From Promethearchaeota archaeon (GTDB taxonomy: Archaea; Asgardarchaeota; Thorarchaeia; Thorarchaeales; Thorarchaeaceae): a stretch of DNA of 64,000 nt. The notes below the pieces were generated by a model, which did no database searches, was not told where the DNA came from, and was given only the letters and a program-made list of their open reading frames with translations. Below, piece after piece: positions 58,127 through 64,000 of this stretch. The translations under genes were made by a program, and so were the position numbers. The stretch covers positions 32,001 through 96,000 of the forward strand of contig WJMJ01000059.1 in the NCBI GenBank assembly GCA_014728035.1. The letters are read 5' to 3'. Within the stretch, counting starts at the first letter, position 1, and each line of letters starts with the position of its first letter.

Positions 58127-58234
58127 GCCCCGGTAGTGTAGCCCGGCCCAGCATCCCGGATTTTCGAATCCGGAGACTTGCGCTCAGGGTAAAACCATCC
58201 GGCGACCCGGGTTCGAATCCCGGCCGGGGCACCA
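58127..58234 (+). tRNA. tRNA-Glu(TTC) with 37/38 intron (58167-58196); CCA encoded
   Basis: Acceptor GCCCCGG/CCGGGGC, anticodon stem CCGGA/TCCGG, T arm CCGGG-TTCGAAT-CCCGG; BHB central helix TTTT/AAAA. Confidence 0.9.
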
Positions 58235-58311
58235 TCTCAATCTTTTTGCTTTTCTATCTTAGTGAAATGAATCTCTTTCGATTAGTTTGCTCGTCTGAAG
58301 AAAACCATATC

Positions 58312-58830
58312 TTAGACCCATGGAGTAACATGAAAATATAGAAGAATAGGTGCAAACATGAGGGATCTTACTATCAGCGACTGACCACGCGATTTCAAAT
58401 CATCTGAGGAGGGGGTGAAATATAGAATTGCTCCTGTAAGACAACAGATTGCAGCAATTATGTCCCCGAATACTACGAGTATGTAGAAAAGCTCACTATC
58501 GGACATACCAAGTACTCGTAACCATTCTAGTTTAGCAACCTCCATGGATATCATCTCAAATCCTGCAGCTTGAGCAAAGAGGTTAGCAATGAATGGGCCA
58601 ACAATGTATAGGAAAATACCCGTGATTACAAGGAATTTACCAAATCCATCGGACAGACCTGTCACATATACCATGAATCCAATAATAACCAGTATTAGAT
58701 AGCCCCGAACAGCAAGGGCGAAAAGTACTCGTAATGCAATTTCCAGCGAGTCGAAAAAGGGAGGGTATTGGAGGTCAACAGGAATTTGCAATAAGATTTG
58801 TATAATGAATGGGGATATCACCTTACTCAC
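58312..58830 (-). CDS. Hypothetical four-TM membrane protein
   Basis: Two similar TM hairpins. Confidence 0.7.
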   Translation of the reverse strand: MSKVISPFIIQILLQIPVDLQYPPFFDSLEIALRVLFALAVRGYLILVIIGFMVYVTGLSDGFGKFLVITGIFLYIVGPFIANLFAQAAGFEMISMEVAKLEWLRVLGMSDSELFYILVVFGDIIAAICCLTGAILYFTPSSDDLKSRGQSLIVRSLMFAPILLYFHVTPWV

Positions 58831-58862
58831 AAATTGGAGTCCGTATCAGGCAATATAATCAC

Positions 58863-59417
58863 CTAGATATTCAATTCAGTTTTAAGAATGGCAAAATCTG
58901 CCATCATAATGTCTCGAAATTTAGGGAATCGTAATGCAGCTGCTGGATGATAAGTCATGAAATATTTCTGTCCTTTTCCCTCGTAAAACTTGCCATGAGC
59001 TTCAGATAGTTTCCACGGGCCTATGATTGAAGAGATGGCCACACCTCCTAGAAGAACAATTATTTCAGGTTTTATCAGGTTAATTTGGCGTTCAAGAAAA
59101 GGAAAACATGCCTCGATTTCGCTCTTCTTTGGACTTCTATTTTTTGGAGGTCTCGATTTCAAAATTGATGTTATGTATACATCTTCACGGCTTAATCCAA
59201 TATTTTCTAGAAGCGAAACAAGTAATTTCCCAGAACGCCCTACAAAAGGCAGTCCAGTTCGATCTTCTGTGGCACCTGGAGCTTCACCGACAAACATTAG
59301 CCTTGCATTATCTGGTCCTTCACCAGGGACCGCGTTTTTTCGAGTCTTATGAAGGGGACACTTTGTACACTTTTGAATCTCGCTAACAATTTTTGAGAGG
59401 GAATCATTATCACTCAT
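58863..59417 (-). CDS. udg: Family 4 uracil-DNA glycosylase
   Basis: CTKCPL, GEAPG..ED..G.PFVG, YHPAA. Confidence 0.93.
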   Translation of the reverse strand: MSDNDSLSKIVSEIQKCTKCPLHKTRKNAVPGEGPDNARLMFVGEAPGATEDRTGLPFVGRSGKLLVSLLENIGLSREDVYITSILKSRPPKNRSPKKSEIEACFPFLERQINLIKPEIIVLLGGVAISSIIGPWKLSEAHGKFYEGKGQKYFMTYHPAAALRFPKFRDIMMADFAILKTELNI

Positions 59418-59455
59418 TATTTTATCATACCTTGCGAGGCGTCATAAAGACATTG

Positions 59456-61258
59456 CTAAATTTCGGGTGTGATGAAGCCAGCCTCTGTAAGCTCATTGAA
59501 CAGAGATTGAAATTCCCGTTCCATTTTAGTTTCAATTTTATCCATTGTGGATTCATACGAGTCCCAAGGTGCTATTTTCATTCTTGCAATGTTATCCAAA
59601 ACACTGAATTCAAGAATTCTTCGTACATTAACACCAAGTTTTACAGCTTGAGCCATCTTACGAGTAAATCGAATGATGATTCTGAGCATTCGATAGGTCT
59701 TCCCAATGGGGCAGAAAGTATCTATTTCATGCAAAGCGCTCTGTGTTAGGAAATCCTCTTTAATCATTCGCGCAGCTTCAAGTATAGCACGTTCTGATTC
59801 TGGCAGTGCATCCGGACCAACAAGTTGTACAATTTCTCGTAGTTCTTGATCTTTTTGAAGTAATGCCATTGCCTCAGTAACTAGGTCAGGCCAATCCTCT
59901 CCAAGATGCTCACGATGCCACTTCTCTAATGTATTATGGTAGAGAGAGTAGCTTGTAAGAGTGTTGATTGCAGGAAAGAACCTACGGGCTGCCAAGTCTT
60001 TATCTAGCGCCCAGAAGACCTTGACGATTCGTAATGTGGCTTGGGTAACTGGTTCGGAGAAATCACCCCCTGGTGGTGATACCGCACCACATAGGGTAAT
60101 TGATCCAATACGGTCTTCAGAACCTAGTGCAATTACTCTTCCACCACGTTCATAGAATTGAGCTAGTCTTGAACCAAGATATGCAGGATATCCCTCTTCA
60201 GAAGGAAGTTGTCCAAGTCTGCCAGAAATCTCTCGTAGTGCCTCAGCCCACCGAGATGTGGAATCAGCCATCAATGCAACATCGAGACCTTGGTCTCGAA
60301 AGTACTCTGCAAGTGTGACTGCAACGTAAATTGAAGCCTCTCTTGCTGCAACTGGCATATTTGAAGTGTTGGCAATCAGAACGGTACGTTCCATGAGAGG
60401 TCGTCCGGACTGTGGGTCTTTCAGACTTGGCCATTCTTCAAGTGCTTCAGTCATCTCATTCCCACGTTCTCCACATCCTACATATACAACAACTTGTGCA
60501 TCGGCCCATTTTGCAAATTGGTGTAACGTCACAGTTTTTCCAGTTCCAAATCCCCCTGGAATTGCACCCGTTCCTCCTTTCGCTTGAGGCATGAAGGTAT
60601 CAATTACACGTTGCCCAGTAATCAAGGGCGTATTCATTGATACTCGCTCCTTGAAGGGCCGTCCTGTTCGCACGGGTGTACGTTGCATCATTATAACATC
60701 ATGAATGTCGCCGTAAGAATCCTTTACTTTGCAGATTGTTTCAATAACCGTGTATTCACCCTTCGATGCAATTTCGACAATTTCTCCTTTTACACCAAGA
60801 GGTATCATTATTTTTGATGTGATAATTCCAGTTTCTGGAACTTCTCCAATGATTGTCCCAGGCTCAACAGAGTCCCCTTTTTTCAACATAGGAATAAATG
60901 TCCATTTCTTCTCTTTATCAAGTCCTTCAACAGTTAGACCACGTGAAATGAAATCACCAGACATCTCTTTTAGTTCTGGAAGGGGTCTCTGAATTCCATC
61001 ATATATAGATCCAATTAACCCTGGACCAAGTTCAACTGAGAGCGCATCTCCTGTTGCAACAACAGGTTCGCCAGGAGCCAGTCCAGAAGTTTCTTCATAA
61101 CATTGGACCGTACAGATTTCATCTCCCACCTCTATTACTTCACCAATGAGTTGTTCATTGCCAACTCGAACGACTTCATACATTCTTACACTATCTAAAC
61201 CTCTTGCTTTAACAACTGGTCCAGAAATGCTTTCAATTTGTCCGGTCTCGTGTGTCAT
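59456..61258 (-). CDS. atpA: A/V-type ATP synthase subunit A
   Basis: [42 protein letters not shown]. Confidence 0.97.
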   Translation of the reverse strand: MTHETGQIESISGPVVKARGLDSVRMYEVVRVGNEQLIGEVIEVGDEICTVQCYEETSGLAPGEPVVATGDALSVELGPGLIGSIYDGIQRPLPELKEMSGDFISRGLTVEGLDKEKKWTFIPMLKKGDSVEPGTIIGEVPETGIITSKIMIPLGVKGEIVEIASKGEYTVIETICKVKDSYGDIHDVIMMQRTPVRTGRPFKERVSMNTPLITGQRVIDTFMPQAKGGTGAIPGGFGTGKTVTLHQFAKWADAQVVVYVGCGERGNEMTEALEEWPSLKDPQSGRPLMERTVLIANTSNMPVAAREASIYVAVTLAEYFRDQGLDVALMADSTSRWAEALREISGRLGQLPSEEGYPAYLGSRLAQFYERGGRVIALGSEDRIGSITLCGAVSPPGGDFSEPVTQATLRIVKVFWALDKDLAARRFFPAINTLTSYSLYHNTLEKWHREHLGEDWPDLVTEAMALLQKDQELREIVQLVGPDALPESERAILEAARMIKEDFLTQSALHEIDTFCPIGKTYRMLRIIIRFTRKMAQAVKLGVNVRRILEFSVLDNIARMKIAPWDSYESTMDKIETKMEREFQSLFNELTEAGFITPEI

Positions 61259-61279
61259 TTCTAATCGCTCCTGAAAGAG

Positions 61280-61603
61280 CTATACATGAATTTCAATACC
61301 TACTGCCCGACGAATGAGCTCCTTTAGAACAGACTCATATGCACCTGTTGCACCTTGTCGGTCAGGAATTAAGAGAATTACAGGAATTGGGGCCTCTGAG
61401 AGCTCAAGGATGGTATCCTCTACCTCCACGGCAAGAGGCTCGGTGATAATAATTAGACCCATTCTGGGATCTCTAAAGTAGTGAATCAAACTATTGCGGG
61501 TTTCCTCAGGATTCTTTGGTGTGCTGATATCTGTAACTCCAGCCATCTGGAATCCAGTAACTGTATCTCTATCACCAATAACCGCAATTTTATCACTGGA
61601 CAT
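61280..61603 (-). CDS. atpF: A/V-type ATP synthase subunit F
   Basis: IAVIGDRDTVTGFQMAG, LIRRAVG. Confidence 0.93.
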   Translation of the reverse strand: MSSDKIAVIGDRDTVTGFQMAGVTDISTPKNPEETRNSLIHYFRDPRMGLIIITEPLAVEVEDTILELSEAPIPVILLIPDRQGATGAYESVLKELIRRAVGIEIHV

Positions 61604-61675
61604 GAAGCATCCCACAATAGGTAGACGGGCAAGATTCTAGTATTATGCTAAAAACTGTTTCCAAAGCGTCCAATG

Positions 61676-62158
61676 CTAGTCAACAATTTGGGCAACAATA
61701 TCTTCTTCTTCAATATGATTCCAACAATATAGACATTTCAATCGAATGGGTCGCTGTGACACAACCTGATACTTTGCGTGAATTGGTTCACGTTCTTTAT
61801 TGGTCACACATCGACTATTAGGACAACGGACAACATCGGTAATTGTGCTAGGTAACTGAACGCGAGTCTTTTTCACAACCTTATATTCTTCAATAACATT
61901 GATTGTGGCATCAGGAGCAACCAATGCAATTCTTGCTACTTCCTCGTCCTCAAGGATTCTGTCTTCGACTTTGACAATGTCCTTCCGTTCTATTCGTGAG
62001 CTACTGATATTCATTGCAATAGTGAGAACATTGCCTTCTTTTCCAGTAAGTCCTATTATTCCTAGCACTTCTAGTGCATGTCCCGCACTGATATGGTCGA
62101 TAACAGTACCATCTTTGATTTTTACAATGCGAATCTTGCTGGCATCTTTCACACTCAT
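61676..62158 (-). CDS. pyrI: Aspartate carbamoyltransferase regulatory subunit
   Basis: GTVIDHI, KDIVKVE, CPNSRC..N, CLYC; start at ATG 62158. Confidence 0.94.
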   Translation of the reverse strand: MSVKDASKIRIVKIKDGTVIDHISAGHALEVLGIIGLTGKEGNVLTIAMNISSSRIERKDIVKVEDRILEDEEVARIALVAPDATINVIEEYKVVKKTRVQLPSTITDVVRCPNSRCVTNKEREPIHAKYQVVSQRPIRLKCLYCWNHIEEEDIVAQIVD

Positions 62159-62271
62159 ATCACTCACTGTTATTTCAAGTAGCAATCCTGTTTTATTCCT
62201 TGTCGTTGTAATATTCGTAAAACCGAAGGTTGATATGGATTCACAAAAGAACCATCTAATTGGTGAAGCAA

Positions 62272-63615
62272 GTGGTACTAGAAGGTCTTGGTAAATCTCT
62301 AAATTCCGCATTGAAAAAACTCTTCGGAGCTAGTGTAATTGATGAAACGCTAGTAAAAGAACTAGTAAAAGATCTTCAGAGAGCATTGCTTGTTGCTGAT
62401 GTTGATGTCGGTCTTGTTATGGCAATTACCGAGCGGGTTGAAAAGCAAGCGTTAGATGAGAACCTGCCAAGAGGGATTTCTCGTCGGGAGCACATCATAA
62501 AAGTGGTATGGGATACACTCGCATACTTTTTAGGTGAAAAAACGGTTCCATTGAAAATTCAACCTGGAAAGCAGAATCTTGTCATGATGATTGGCATCCA
62601 AGGCTCCGGTAAAACAACTACAATTGGCAAACTTGCCAGATATTATCAAAAAAGAGGAATTAAGACTGGCGTAATCTGTGCGGACAACTTCAGGCCAGGA
62701 GCATTTAGTCAGCTAAAACAATTAGCAGAACGTTCTGGTGTCCCATTTTATGGGGATGAGAAAGAAAAAGATGCGGTAAAGCTTGCAAAACGTGGCTTCA
62801 AAGAGATGAAAGATAGGGGAATAGAATTAATTCTTCTCGACACTTCTGGCCGTCACAGAGAGGAATCTGGCTTGCTTAAGGAAATGAAAGATATAGCAAA
62901 GTCAGTAAAACCACAAGAAATAGTTCTCGTCATTGATGGAACTCTTGGACAACAAGCAGGAGTACAAGCAGCTGCATTTAGAGAAGCAACTGATGTTGGT
63001 TCAATTATTATTACAAAGTTAGATGGTAGTGCAAAAGGAGGAGGTGCCCTATCAGCAGTAGCAGCTACACAAGCACCAATAAAATTCATTGGTACGGGTG
63101 AATCGATGGATGCAATAGAGCCATTTAACCCAACTAAGTTTGCCGGCCGATTGCTAGGAATGTCCGACATTAAGGGCCTTGTGGAAAAGGTTCGGGAAGC
63201 CCAAATCGATCTGGACGAAGACGCGGCAATGAGAATGATGAAAGGGCAATTCTCACTGACCGATATGATGAATCAACTACGACAGCTGAAGAAAATGGGA
63301 CCTATTGGAAAAGTTATGGAGATGCTTGGTCTGAAGTATAAACTCCCTGAAGATATCGCAGAAGTCCAAGAGGAGAATATGCATCGTTGGGAAGTTATTA
63401 TGAATTCGATGACACGCGATGAACTTGATGAGCCAAAGATACTCAAGTCTTCCCGAATAAAAAGGATTGCAAAAGGTTCTGGCACAAGTACCGCAGAGGT
63501 TCGTGCTCTACTGAAACAATATGAACAAATGAAGAAGATGATGAAGAAGTTTGGAAAAACAAGAAGGGGAAGACGTGGTGGAGTGCCAGGAATTCCCGGA
63601 TTGCCAGGAATGTGA
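62272..63615 (+). CDS. srp54: Signal recognition particle protein SRP54
   Basis: GIQGSGKTT, DTSGR, TKLDG.AKGGG, Met-rich M domain; GTG start at 62272. Confidence 0.97.
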   Translation: MVLEGLGKSLNSALKKLFGASVIDETLVKELVKDLQRALLVADVDVGLVMAITERVEKQALDENLPRGISRREHIIKVVWDTLAYFLGEKTVPLKIQPGKQNLVMMIGIQGSGKTTTIGKLARYYQKRGIKTGVICADNFRPGAFSQLKQLAERSGVPFYGDEKEKDAVKLAKRGFKEMKDRGIELILLDTSGRHREESGLLKEMKDIAKSVKPQEIVLVIDGTLGQQAGVQAAAFREATDVGSIIITKLDGSAKGGGALSAVAATQAPIKFIGTGESMDAIEPFNPTKFAGRLLGMSDIKGLVEKVREAQIDLDEDAAMRMMKGQFSLTDMMNQLRQLKKMGPIGKVMEMLGLKYKLPEDIAEVQEENMHRWEVIMNSMTRDELDEPKILKSSRIKRIAKGSGTSTAEVRALLKQYEQMKKMMKKFGKTRRGRRGGVPGIPGLPGM

Positions 63616-63628
63616 AATCCAGTTGGAT

Positions 63629-64000
63629 ATGTCAAAAACAACTGATATTAGTAGACATTTCATGGTATTCTTTGACAACTTTCCAATCAGCAAAAGCACA
63701 GTTCGAACAGGGAATAATTCTTCTGAGGTAGTTACTGCATGCAGATCAATCAATGTGGGATTGTTTCTATCTGGAAACCTACGAAGAAACACTTCTGTTA
63801 GTATCGCATACCCGTGTGAGGAAAATATTGCGTGTATCACCTTTCCAGGAAATACACTACGAAGAGTATCTCCTGATGAAAGGTCCATCTCCTTCTTTCT
63901 ACTCAAAGCGCAAAAAAGTTTAGGCGATTTCAAAGACGGTTATAGAATCATGGACAATGGTATAATCCTGATGCACTCTCCATTTGATGTCGTGTTAAAT
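63629..64000 (+). CDS. 3'-truncated TrmY-like (pseudouridine-54 N1-methyltransferase, SPOUT) protein
   Basis: Manual translation MSKTTDISRHF...CRSINVGLFLSGNLRRN...GNTLRRVSPDERS, open to the window end. Confidence 0.7.
   Translation, partial: MSKTTDISRHFMVFFDNFPISKSTVRTGNNSSEVVTACRSINVGLFLSGNLRRNTSVSIAYPCEENIACITFPGNTLRRVSPDERSISFFLLKAQKSLGDFKDGYRIMDNGIILMHSPFDVVLN

Noticed and set aside
58026-58341. Two short ORFs on opposite strands
   Set aside because: Both overlap tRNA-Glu
58312-58830. TrbC/VirB2 pilin-like call
   Set aside because: Only a generic TM-hairpin resemblance, and no secretion-system genes nearby
63273-63933. Minus-strand ORFs of 122 and 141 aa
   Set aside because: Antisense shadows of srp54 and the TrmY-like gene
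1-64000. CRISPR arrays, IS elements, prophage, defence systems, rRNA
   Set aside because: No periodic repeats, transposase or integrase motifs, or rRNA signatures were seen; the other short nested ORFs in the track are antisense or off-frame shadows of real genes

Overview
This is a gene-dense core-chromosome segment of an archaeon. It is most likely an Asgard archaeon, possibly Thorarchaeia-like; that is an inference from PolD, Elf1, an OSTC/DC2-like protein, a eukaryote-like STT3/AglB, and Vps29-like and PAC4-like proteins. It encodes DNA replication and repair (RPA, PolD DP2 with an intein, RadB, XPD, Lhr, TopA, a MutS-domain protein, UDG), translation and RNA modification (eL42, eS27, aIF2a, Nop10, ProRS, Trm5, Taw1, RtcA, a TrmY-like protein), folate/C1 metabolism (FolP, MptE, GcvT, GcvH, GlyA), lipid synthesis (CarS, prenol kinase, IPK) and secretion/glycosylation (Sec61b, SRP54, AglB). 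There are four tRNAs, three of them intron-containing and two with double introns. No transposase, prophage, rRNA or CRISPR array was seen. The best leads are: (1) a candidate isoprenoid-alcohol scavenging module (secreted linalool dehydratase/isomerase-like enzyme, ECF S component, CTP-dependent prenol kinase, isopentenyl-phosphate kinase); (2) an unannotated 39-aa OST4-like micro-protein that, with the DC2-like and STT3-like genes, suggests a eukaryote-like multi-subunit oligosaccharyltransferase; (3) a DP2 intein ending in Tyr-Asp with a decayed homing endonuclease; (4) a FolP with its putative reductase domain in swapped position; (5) tRNA introns at non-canonical positions. All family calls come from motif recognition by eye; no database searches were run.
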